In this document: one piece after another, positions 1 through 7,712 of the stretch | How the letters are laid out: every line of letters begins with the position of its first letter | Numbering within the stretch: position 1 is the stretch's first letter | Source of the DNA: Candidatus Sumerlaeia bacterium | Lineage (GTDB): Bacteria; Sumerlaeota; Sumerlaeia; SLMS01 | DNA: 13,084 bases | Assembly: GCA_038208905.1 (NCBI GenBank) | Contig: JBBQYG010000115.1 | Span: forward strand, 1 to 13,084 | Direction of reading: 5' to 3' | Notes under the pieces: generated by a model | What the model saw: the letters and a program-made list of their open reading frames with translations, nothing else | Databases searched by the model: none | Told to the model about the DNA's origin: nothing | Made by a program: the position numbers and the translations under genes

Positions 1-374
1 ACCTGCACCAGCACGCAGTCCTCGATCAGCTCGATGCCATTCGCGGCGGCGTAGTCGCGGATTTCCAGGCTGCGGGTGCCGGGTTGCATCCAGGCGTAGC
101 GGATGCCGGCGGCCTTGATGTCCTCCATGACGCGGAGGCCGGTGTCGGGGTTGACGACCATGTCGATCACGTCGGGGACGGTGGGGAGGTCGGCGATGCG
201 CGTATAGACGGGGTCGCCGTCGATGTCCTTCAGGCGCGGGTGGATCGGATAGACGGTGTAGCCGCGGTCCTTGAGGACGCGGAAAATCTTGTAGCCATAG
301 CGTGCCGGATCGTCGTGGGCGCCGACGACGGCCCAAGTCTTCATGGCGAGGGTGGTGGGAATGAGCGGGTTCAT
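1..374 (-). CDS. CoA-binding protein (YccU-like, CoA_binding_2 family), 3' end runs off the window
   Basis: Not in the ORF track; translated by hand from ATG at 374: MNPLIPTTLAMKTWAVVGAHDDPARYGYKIFRVLKDRGYTVYPIHPRLKDIDGDPVYTRIADLPTVPDVIDMVVNPDTGLRVMEDIKAAGIRYAWMQPG...DCVLVQ. The AVVGA, VYPIHP, WMQPG and terminal C motifs fit the family. The start overlaps the upstream stop (ATGA, 371-374). Confidence 0.92.
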   Translation of the reverse strand, partial: MNPLIPTTLAMKTWAVVGAHDDPARYGYKIFRVLKDRGYTVYPIHPRLKDIDGDPVYTRIADLPTVPDVIDMVVNPDTGLRVMEDIKAAGIRYAWMQPGTRSLEIRDYAAANGIELIEDCVLVQ

Positions 375-634
375 GGAGTGGGTTGATCCTGCCGAAGTTT
401 ACGGAGACCTTCGTTGACCAAATCCTTGGCCGATTGATTCCCGATGGGCAATCGCTCGCGGCGCGCCATTGACCGGTCCGCTGCTGCCCTCCGTCGATCT
501 CGGTCCGTCGCGGGCGGAACGATAGAAGCGATGACCACGCAATCGCGCTGAATCTCGACGACTTCACCCAATTCCACCCGCCGAAGCACCTCGTCGAACC
601 GGGCTGCGGCTTCATTTTCGTTGAGAATCAGCAC
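371..634 (-). CDS. Phd/YefM (prevent-host-death) family antitoxin-like protein, copy 2 (87 aa)
   Basis: 3' part of track ORF 371..895. GTG start at 634 with AGGAGG (646-641) 6 nt upstream. MLILNENEAAARFDEVLRRVELGEVVEIQRDCVVIASIVPP...SAKDLVNEGLR matches the EAxxxFxExLxxVxxGExVxIxRxGxxVAxIVP pattern and the KDLIxEG-like tail of VapB-type Phd proteins. Confidence 0.8.
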   Translation of the reverse strand: MLILNENEAAARFDEVLRRVELGEVVEIQRDCVVIASIVPPATDRDRRRAAADRSMARRERLPIGNQSAKDLVNEGLRKLRQDQPTP

Positions 635-891
635 GGCGCGCCTCCTCGCCGCGCGGATGACTTCGAGGAACATCCTTCGTAGATCAGATCGCGGATGGAA
701 ATATCGCCAAGCGTGGGGAGCGTCGCCCTCCGTGCCCGAAGCTGCTCCAGTGCCAGCGTGGCCTCCGCCGGGATCTCGCCCCGGGGCGTGGTGACTGCCG
801 ACGGCGCGGGGATCACGGTCTCGCCCCCGTCCAGGTGGCGAATGACTTCGGCAAACCGTGATGGGGCTTCGCTTTCGTCCAGTGTCAGCAT
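628..891 (-). CDS. Phd/YefM family antitoxin-like protein, copy 1 (87 aa), apparently missing part of the domain
   Basis: ATG at 891 with AGAAGGAG upstream (907-900). MLTLDESEAPSRFAEVIRHLDGGETVI...LGDISIRDLIYEG resembles copy 2 but lacks the segment equivalent to QRDCVVIASIV. Its stop overlaps the copy 2 start (GTGCTGA). Confidence 0.68.
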   Translation of the reverse strand: MLTLDESEAPSRFAEVIRHLDGGETVIPAPSAVTTPRGEIPAEATLALEQLRARRATLPTLGDISIRDLIYEGCSSKSSARRGGAPC

Positions 892-929
892 GCACGAAAC
901 TCCTTCTGCGGGCAGCGTGTCCTACGAGT

Positions 930-962
930 GCAATTGAGCCTCCCCGAGCCTTTGCCTGTCAA
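930..962 (-). promoter_or_regulatory. Possible sigma70 promoter for the phd-phd-yccU unit
   Basis: Perfect TTGACA (962-957) in the mfd-phd gap, but only a poor -10 (CTCAAT at 18-nt spacing). Confidence 0.3.
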
Positions 963-987
963 CAGCGGCAGCAATGGGAGAGGATGT

Positions 988-3900
988 TCAACCGGCGACG
1001 GCGACGGCCCCCGCGGCTCCCTCCAGCGTGGCGACGATGGCGGCGAAGCATTTGTCGCCGGCGTGTTCCTCCTTCATGGCGAGCACGACGCCGTCGAGGC
1101 CGTCGGCGTGGGCGCTGAGGACGGCGCCGGTCTTGAGGCCCGCGTCGCGGATGAGGGCGGCGGCGGTGTCGGGCGTTGAGCCGATGAAGGTGAGCCGGAC
1201 CTTGGCGGCGGATTTCTTGACGCCGGCGATGCGCAGCGGCTGGCACGCGATGCGGACACGGTAGCTATCGATGAAGCGGCGGGCCTCGATGGGGAGCTCG
1301 CCGAAGCGGTCGCGCATCTCGGCCTCCACGTCGTCGATGTCCTTGGCCGCGCGGGCGGAGGCGAAGCGCTTGTAGAAGGTGACGCGCTGCGCCTCCAGCG
1401 GGACGTACTGCGGCGGTATATACAGGCTCGCGTCCCAGCGGATGTCCACGTCCACGAATCGCACGGTTGAGCGCCCGCGGAGGGAGTCCACCTTGTCCTG
1501 CAGGAGCTCGCAATACAGCTCGAATCCGATCTCGGTGATGGTGCCGTGCTGGGCCTTGCCGAGGATGTCTCCGGCGCCGCGGATTTCAAGGTCGCGCATG
1601 GCGATGGAGAATCCCGCGCCGAGCTCGGCGAAGTCCTCGATGGCTTGCAGGCGCTTCACGGCGGATTCGGTGATGCCCTTGCCGGGGGGAACGATCAGGT
1701 AGGCGTAGGCGCGGCGGCGCTCTCGCCCCACGCGCCCGCGGAGCTGGTAGAGCTGGGCCAGGCCGAAGGCATCGGCGCGGTTGATCACGATGGTGTTGCA
1801 GTTGGGGATGTCCACGCCGCTCTCGATAATCGTGGTGGCAACGAGGATGTCGAACTGGCGGTCGATGAATTGCAGCATCGTGTCCTCCAGCTCGGTCTCG
1901 TTCATCTGGCCGTGGGCGTGGGTGACGCGCGCGTGGGGGACGATTTCCTTCAGGCGCTTGGCGACTTCCTCGATCGTGCGGACGCGGTTGTGGACGAAGT
2001 ACACCTGGCCGCCGCGATTCAGCTCGCGAAGAATCGCCTCCGCGATCTGCTCCTCGTCGAACTGGATGATCTTGGTCTTGATCGGCTGGCGGTCGGGCGG
2101 CGGCGTGGTGATGATGGAAAGATCGCGCAGCCCGCTGAGCGCCATGTGCAGCGTGCGCGGGATCGGCGTGGCGGAGAGCGTGAGCAAGTCCACCTCGCGC
2201 CGCATCTCCTTCAGGCGGTCCTTGGCCTTCACGCCAAAGCGCTGCTCCTCGTCCACCACCACCAGGCCCAGGTTCTTGAACGCGACGTCCTTGCCCAGGA
2301 GCGCGTGCGTCCCCACGACCACGTCGAGTTCGCCGCTGCGCATCCTGGACTTGGTATCGCGGACCTCGTTGGGCTTGCGGAAGCGCGAGATCATGTCGAG
2401 CCGGATCGGGTAGTCGGCAAAGCGCTCGCGGAAGTTGTTGTAGTGCTGCTGGGCCAGGATCGTGGTGGGGCAGAGCACGGCGACCTGGCGCCCGCTCTGG
2501 TGGGCCTTGAAGATCGCGCGGATGGCGACCTCGGTCTTGCCATAGCCCACGTCTCCACAGACGAGGCGATCCATCGGGCGCCCGCGTTCCATGTCGGCCT
2601 TGGTTTCGTCGATGGCGCGGATCTGGTCGGGGGTTTCCTGGTAGAGGAAGCTGGCCTCGAACTCGCGCTGGAGCGATGTGTCGGCCTTGTGGGGATCGCG
2701 GGTGGCGGATTCGCGCGCGGCGTAGAGTTCCAGCAGCTCCTCCGCGATGCGCTCGATCTCCTCCGTGTGCTTCTGGCGGCGCTTGGCCCATCGTCCGCCG
2801 CCCAGCTTGTCCAGCGTGGGCTCGGCGGATTCGGGGCCGGAGTAGCGCTGCACCTTGTGGATCTTGTCCACGGGGACCAGCAACTTGTCGTTGTCGGCGT
2901 ATTCGATCTCGATCAGGTCCACCATGCGGCCGTCGATCTGCTGGACGCGCATGCCCAGGAATCGCCCGATCCCCTTGTCCACATGGACCACATAGTCGCC
3001 GCGGCGGATTTCGCTGCTGCCGGCGATGGGCTTTCCCTTGTATATCTTCCTATACACATAGCGGCGCTTGTAGCGCCCGAATATCTCGCGGTCGGTCATC
3101 ACGCAGAGGCGCGCGTCGGCCAGCGCGAATCCCGTCTGCACGGCGCCCACCGTCAGCAGCACGTCCTGGAATCCGCTCAGCGCGTTGGTTACGTTGAATC
3201 CCTCCGTCCATCCGCTGCTATGCACGGCCACGGCGCTGATTTCGCGCTCGCGGAGCAGTTCGTCGAATCGCTGCACCTGGCCATCGTTGTCGCACACCAC
3301 GGCGACCAGGAAATCCTTGGCCTGGAACTTGGCGATCTGGGCGATCCACGAATCCAGCTCCGCCGTGGCGGCGCCGTATTCCTGATAGTCGAACGCCACG
3401 CGGACGGAATGGCGGTCGGCCTCGGCGGGGGCGTTGGCGCTGTGCTCCATGCGGCGGAAGCGCTTGAGGGCGGCGGGAATCTCCGCCGCGCGCAGCAGCA
3501 GGGTATCCGGCGACGGCAGCGCCTCCTCGCTCTTGCGGCTCGCCATCTCGAACTGCCGCTCGACGGCGCTCTCGAAGTACGTGCAGACCTCCGCGAAGCG
3601 CTCCGGCGATTCCATCACCACCAGGGTGTCCTCGGGCAGGTGATTCAGCAGCGTCTCCAGCTTTCCCCCGCCGCGGACGAACGACTCGATCTGGCCCTTG
3701 AGCCGCGCGGGCTGGATCACGATGGAGGCATCGGGCCCCAGATCGGCCAGGCTGCGCTGGGTTCCGATATCGAAATGGCGGATGCTCTCGATCTCGTCGC
3801 CAAACAGGTCCACGCGATAGGGATGCTCCGCGTTGAGCGGATACAGGTCCACGATGCCTCCGCGGATCGAGAACTCGCCGCGCGCCTCCACCAGGGGGAC

Positions 3901-4428
3901 CAATTCGTAGCCCGCCCGTTCGAGCTGCTCCGCCAGCTTCGCCGTGTCCAGCCGCTCGCCCCAGCGTATAGACACCGTCAGGCCGCGCATGTGCTCCTCG
4001 GGGAGCACCTTGAGCATCAGCGCATCCACGGGCGCGCAGACTGCGAAGGGCGGCTCCTTGGGATTCGACCGGCGGCGCAGGATCGCCTCGAACACGTCGA
4101 GCGACTTGGCGGCGATCTCGATGGAGAGATCGTCCTCGTCATAGGGGAGAACCTCCCACTTGGGCAGGTGCAGAGCCCGTGCCACGCCAAAGAATTCCAG
4201 ATCGCCCGTGATGTCCTCCGCGCGCTCGCCCCCCGCGGTCAGCACCAGCAGCGGGCGGTTCTCCGTCCGCATCAACTCCGCCAGGACAAACGGCAGCGCC
4301 GACCCGGGAAGCCGCTCCAGCAGGATCGTCCGCTTCCCTTCGCGCAGTTCCGCCTGCACGCGCTTCAGCGGCGCCGACCGCTCCGCCAGCAGCTTGTGAA
4401 ACACCTCGACGGGACTGGCCTCGGGCAC
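988..4428 (-). CDS. mfd: Transcription-repair coupling factor Mfd
   Basis: UvrB-homology region (GEFSIRGGIVDLYP, RVDLFGDEIESIRHFD), RNA polymerase interaction domain (GDYVVHVDKGIGRFLG), helicase motifs (DRLVCGDVGYGKTEVA, DEEQRFG, SATPIPRT, QLRGRVGR), MRDLEIRGAG and a C-terminal TRCF domain. Start placed at GTG 4428, which has AAGGAG 6 nt upstream; the track start is 4452. Confidence 0.98.
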   Translation of the reverse strand: MPEASPVEVFHKLLAERSAPLKRVQAELREGKRTILLERLPGSALPFVLAELMRTENRPLLVLTAGGERAEDITGDLEFFGVARALHLPKWEVLPYDEDDLSIEIAAKSLDVFEAILRRRSNPKEPPFAVCAPVDALMLKVLPEEHMRGLTVSIRWGERLDTAKLAEQLERAGYELVPLVEARGEFSIRGGIVDLYPLNAEHPYRVDLFGDEIESIRHFDIGTQRSLADLGPDASIVIQPARLKGQIESFVRGGGKLETLLNHLPEDTLVVMESPERFAEVCTYFESAVERQFEMASRKSEEALPSPDTLLLRAAEIPAALKRFRRMEHSANAPAEADRHSVRVAFDYQEYGAATAELDSWIAQIAKFQAKDFLVAVVCDNDGQVQRFDELLREREISAVAVHSSGWTEGFNVTNALSGFQDVLLTVGAVQTGFALADARLCVMTDREIFGRYKRRYVYRKIYKGKPIAGSSEIRRGDYVVHVDKGIGRFLGMRVQQIDGRMVDLIEIEYADNDKLLVPVDKIHKVQRYSGPESAEPTLDKLGGGRWAKRRQKHTEEIERIAEELLELYAARESATRDPHKADTSLQREFEASFLYQETPDQIRAIDETKADMERGRPMDRLVCGDVGYGKTEVAIRAIFKAHQSGRQVAVLCPTTILAQQHYNNFRERFADYPIRLDMISRFRKPNEVRDTKSRMRSGELDVVVGTHALLGKDVAFKNLGLVVVDEEQRFGVKAKDRLKEMRREVDLLTLSATPIPRTLHMALSGLRDLSIITTPPPDRQPIKTKIIQFDEEQIAEAILRELNRGGQVYFVHNRVRTIEEVAKRLKEIVPHARVTHAHGQMNETELEDTMLQFIDRQFDILVATTIIESGVDIPNCNTIVINRADAFGLAQLYQLRGRVGRERRRAYAYLIVPPGKGITESAVKRLQAIEDFAELGAGFSIAMRDLEIRGAGDILGKAQHGTITEIGFELYCELLQDKVDSLRGRSTVRFVDVDIRWDASLYIPPQYVPLEAQRVTFYKRFASARAAKDIDDVEAEMRDRFGELPIEARRFIDSYRVRIACQPLRIAGVKKSAAKVRLTFIGSTPDTAAALIRDAGLKTGAVLSAHADGLDGVVLAMKEEHAGDKCFAAIVATLEGAAGAVAVAG

Positions 4429-4690
4429 GGGTGGCTCCTTGAGTAAAAGCACGATTCCGCGACGAGGTCCGATTCAGACCCTCGCCGCTTCCGTGCGTAT
4501 TAAATGGCGGGATGGTGCCGGGGTAAAGGGGGAAGGCAAAGCGGCGGCGGCCAAGGTACTCCCTGGGCGTTTTCGGTATAGTTGTTGTCCAGCTCCGCCT
4601 ACCTGGCCTTTTGCGGGAAATCGGACCCTCGCCGGATTCAGTCGGCTTTCGCGAGTAGGAACGCACAACCGCGACGCTTCGGAAGTCGCT

Positions 4691-5206
4691 TCAGGCGGGA
4701 AAGCTACGCGCGATTGTCCCAACGAGCTGAATCAGCTTCGGAAGCTTCGACAGCCCGGGAATATCCGTGAACGAATGGTGCACGGGGGCGACCACGCGCT
4801 CCGGCAGAGAGGGCGTTGCGGGAGCAAGCCAAGGGTACTCCGCATTTACTCCAATGGCCAACGCGGGTGCGAGTCGCTCAAGGTAGTCCACCGCGGGAAG
4901 AAGTCCGTCGAGGTACTTCTCCCTTTGTTCCTTGTTCATCCCCAGGGCCCGATGGAAATCACTTGTGAGGGGGCCACCCATCTTGAGGGACCTGATCAGC
5001 TTCGTCGCACCGGCGTGTGAGTATGAAGGTCTCGTCATGAAGCCGGGTAGCGTGCCCACCCCCTTCGCGAATTTCTCCAGCGCCATCTGGAGCTAGTGGA
5101 GAGTATGGCACATCGGCACATCCTTGCTCTTGCTCAAGAGAAGCGCCACTTCATAGTCTGAACACGCTTGGGCCAGAAATGCGGATCTGCAGTCCACGCC
5201 ACTCAC
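4691..5206 (-). pseudogene. HEPN-domain (putative toxin) gene interrupted by an in-frame TAG at codon 38
   Basis: From GTG 5206 (GTGA overlap with the upstream stop): MSGVDCRSAFLAQACSDYEVALLLSKSKDVPMCHTLH*LQMALEKFAKG...RPSYSH...VNAEYPW...FPA. TAG is at 5095-5093. FLxQAxSD, QMAxEKxxK and EYPW resemble HEPN helix 1, the QxxEKxxK helix and the RYP motif. Confidence 0.72.
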
Positions 5207-5514
5207 CCGTGATCGCGATCAAAAATGAGTTTGGCCTGACTCCATTCCGCATCCCAATCGCTCGGCAACGGGATTCTCTTGTCTTCCTTCGGATGGATCA
5301 GCGCGATACCGGAGGGAAAGGGAATTCCCTGGGCGGGCATGAAGTAGAAAGGGTGAGCAATTGCGTCAGGCTCCATGATGGAATCCTCGTCCACCGCCAC
5401 GAGGCGAATTACCCTGTCGTCGGGGAACCAGTATATCTTGGAAATGGTGGCCTCGGATTCCGCGTTGGCTTTTGCCAGCGTCCGCGCGGCCTCCTCGATT
5501 GTCTGCGCGCTCAT
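5203..5514 (-). CDS. Hypothetical ~103-aa protein, putative antitoxin partner of the HEPN gene
   Basis: ATG at 5514 with AAGGAG 9 nt upstream (track start 5544). Acidic globular-looking sequence MSAQTIEEAARTLAKANAESEATISKIYWFPDDRVIRLVAVDED...LPSDWDAEWSQAKLI. Translationally coupled to the HEPN gene. Confidence 0.7.
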   Translation of the reverse strand: MSAQTIEEAARTLAKANAESEATISKIYWFPDDRVIRLVAVDEDSIMEPDAIAHPFYFMPAQGIPFPSGIALIHPKEDKRIPLPSDWDAEWSQAKLIFDRDHG

Positions 5515-5575
5515 TCTCTTTGTCTCCTTGGATTGCTTGCGCATAATGACAGGCGCGCCCGCCGATATGCTCCCC

Positions 5576-6009
5576 TTACAATTGCAGATGCCCCGGAACC
5601 GCTATCGAGTCAACGGGCGGTTCTGGTGATTCGGGCACGACCGAAGGTCCGCCTTCCGCAAAACCTACCGTGACCTGAAGCGCCTGGTTCCCTTCCTTAA
5701 GCAGGCGCTCCATGTCGCGCTGCAATTCCATCGCCGTGACGATGCGAAGGAAGACCGCCGGCACCAAGCCCCGCAGCAACACCCCCGCCGCCTTGGCCGT
5801 CGTCCACCAACCGGCCCCCGGCCCCTCCGACAGGCTGATGCCCCCCGCGCCCATCCGTGCTCCCTATAGGACATTCGAGTCAGCGACCGCAGGCCCGCGT
5901 TGCCAGCGCGCACCGCCGCATACACACGATTCTCACCCGCCCGCTTCAGCAGCGGGTCAAGCTTTACGAGCCAGCGCGGGAAGAGGGGCGGAGTGTCGGG
6001 CGGCTCCAT
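5576..6009 (-). pseudogene. Hypothetical gene probably split by a frameshift (or a separate 92-aa ORF 5576..5854)
   Basis: Codons ending mostly in G/C run in one frame from 6009 (MEPPDTPPLFPRWLVKLDPLLKR...) and continue in another frame below ~5845 (GGISLSEGPGAGWWTTAKAAGVLLRGLVPAVFLRIV...). A G6 run at 5846-5841 lies at the junction. Confidence 0.4.
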
Positions 6010-6251
6010 GTAGCGCGTTTCGGCAAATGAATTATACGAGTGGAAATGGTGGTGCATCCTATGGACTCCACACAACCTGAATTGCGGCTGCCGTGTTGCC
6101 ATTCCAGGATGCCCGCTTCGCGCGTCGGGACAGGTTCGTCCGTTGGGGGTGTTATCCGCGCGATGACGGGAAATTCGGTGGCCACGGGGTGTGGCCTGTG
6201 CGCATTCTTCTCCAGCACACTGAATTGCCATCCCCCGCTCGAAACTGCCTC

Positions 6252-7628
6252 ATGCATCGATTCCATTTAGTGATTCTCCTTCTGATGCTCTCGCTGGCGT
6301 CGGGTTGCTCGCTCTTGGGCGGCAGGGCGGATCGCGAGGCGGCGGCGCTGGACGAGTCGGCGCGCAACGCGCTTCGCGATGACCTGCGGTCGACGGCCAA
6401 CCAGATCGAGGCGGTCCTGGAGGAGAGCGGCAGCCGACTGCGCGGCCAGAAGTTGACCCGTGCCCAGCGGGAGTCCGCGGCGCTGGGGAAGCCGCGCATC
6501 GCCGCCGCCTTTCGCGAGGAGTTTGGCCGCGCGGACGAGACCACGGCCCTGCTTGGCGCGTGGGGGTTGTCGATGCGCATGGCCCACTATCTGGCAACTG
6601 GGGAGGGTAAGGCGCTCTATGGCGCGGGCCAGCCGGAGGCGCTTCGCGCGGCGCGCGAAATCGAATCCGCCCTTGATGGCATCGCCGCGCGGCACCTTGA
6701 TCCCGCCAAGATCGCGTCAACGCGCTCCACGCTGGAGACAACCGCGCGCGCCAATCCCATGAAGGGCGTGTATGAGATTCCCGCGATCACGGAATCCGCC
6801 GCCGAACTCATCCCGATGGAGGTGCTCTCCACCCTGACGCGCATCCCCTTCCTGCCGTTCCGCGCGGTCAGGGGAATCACCGACACGGCGACCAGCGTGC
6901 GCGATTTCAACCGGACGGCGGAGCGATTCGCCGACATCGTGGAAGACCTTCCCCGCGAGACGCGCTGGCAGAGCGAGCTCCTTCTCCTTCGCCTGGAAAG
7001 CAGCGACGTCGTGACTTCCGCCGTGGCGAGCATCGACGAAACCGCGCGCAACACCACGCGCTATGCCGAAGTGGCGGAGCGCCTTCCCGAAAGCGTTGGC
7101 GAGGCCGTGCGCCAAGCCGTCCGCGAGGCCGCCGAGGAGATGGCGCGCCAGCCGGAGCTGCGCGAGGGCCTTCGCGAAGTGACCATCGCGGCCGAGGCGC
7201 TCCGCACTGCCGTCTCCGAGGCACGCGCCACGCTTGCCGAGGCCAAGCCGCTCCTCGATCAGGTCAATGACATCGGCAAAACGTGGGAGGGCACCGCCAC
7301 CGAGGCCCGCGGCTTGCTGCAAATCGTGGACGAGATGGATCGCCGGTCGGGTCCGCCGAAGCCGGATTCGAAGCCGTTCAATATCCTTGAATACAAGCAG
7401 ACCTCCGACTCCGTCCGGGAGACCCTTTCAGAGGCGGGCACGGTGCTGCGCGACGCGGAGACCCTTGCCAGCCGCGCGGAGCCACCACCCGTCCTTGGCC
7501 ATGCCGCCGCCGAGGCCCGCGCCGTGATCGACCACCTTTTCTGGCGCGCGGTGCAGTTGCTGGTGCTGGCGGGAATTGTGGCGGTGGCTGTTGGGTTGTT
7601 GTGGCGGCGGGGAAGGAAAGGGGAGTAG
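6252..7628 (+). CDS. Predicted lipoprotein with long helical/coiled-coil body and C-terminal transmembrane helix, function unknown (458 aa)
   Basis: From ATG 6252: MHRFHLVILLLMLSLASG-C has a basic N-terminus, hydrophobic core and lipobox. The body is Ala/Glu/Arg-rich. The C-terminus IDHLFWRAVQLLVLAGIVAVAVGLLWRRGRKGE is a hydrophobic helix with a basic tail. The track extension from 6093 does not look coding. Confidence 0.82.
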   Translation: MHRFHLVILLLMLSLASGCSLLGGRADREAAALDESARNALRDDLRSTANQIEAVLEESGSRLRGQKLTRAQRESAALGKPRIAAAFREEFGRADETTALLGAWGLSMRMAHYLATGEGKALYGAGQPEALRAAREIESALDGIAARHLDPAKIASTRSTLETTARANPMKGVYEIPAITESAAELIPMEVLSTLTRIPFLPFRAVRGITDTATSVRDFNRTAERFADIVEDLPRETRWQSELLLLRLESSDVVTSAVASIDETARNTTRYAEVAERLPESVGEAVRQAVREAAEEMARQPELREGLREVTIAAEALRTAVSEARATLAEAKPLLDQVNDIGKTWEGTATEARGLLQIVDEMDRRSGPPKPDSKPFNILEYKQTSDSVRETLSEAGTVLRDAETLASRAEPPPVLGHAAAEARAVIDHLFWRAVQLLVLAGIVAVAVGLLWRRGRKGE

Positions 7629-7700
7629 CTTCAATGCGAGCCGAATCAATTGCCGCAGTTCTTGGAGCAGTACGGCCTCAAGCTTCGCGAGGAGGACTAA
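7629..7700 (+). pseudogene. hicA-like toxin C-terminal remnant
   Basis: Reads LQCEPNQLPQFLEQYGLKLREED*, resembling the LQ...KPYQ(I/V)RQFL...E.Y.L end of HicA proteins. It stops 12 nt before hicB, the usual hicA position. No N-terminal part or catalytic GSH region is present. Confidence 0.55.
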
Positions 7701-7712
7701 GGAGCGGGCACC

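Noticed and set aside
635..895. N-terminal half of the 174-aa track ORF 371..895
   Set aside because: Off-frame overlap with Phd copy 1; GTG 634 has its own AGGAGG site.
1546..4446. 966-aa plus-strand ORF
   Set aside because: Antisense shadow of mfd, expected from GC-rich codon bias; no recognisable motifs.
4439..5673. Plus-strand ORFs 4439..5020 and 5179..5673
   Set aside because: Antisense to the coupled HEPN/partner pair, which has better motif and ribosome-binding-site support.
6070..6230. Short repeat CTGAATTGC (~6077 and ~6220) and small GGCCAC/GTGGCC hairpin
   Set aside because: Too short to distinguish from chance; no array structure.
5093..7628. Genome-wide TAG recoding (amber reassignment or pyrrolysine), suggested by the TAG in the HEPN gene and the TAG before the hicA remnant
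   Set aside because: mutY and the lipoprotein end sensibly at TAG, and no conserved gene in the window has an internal TAG.
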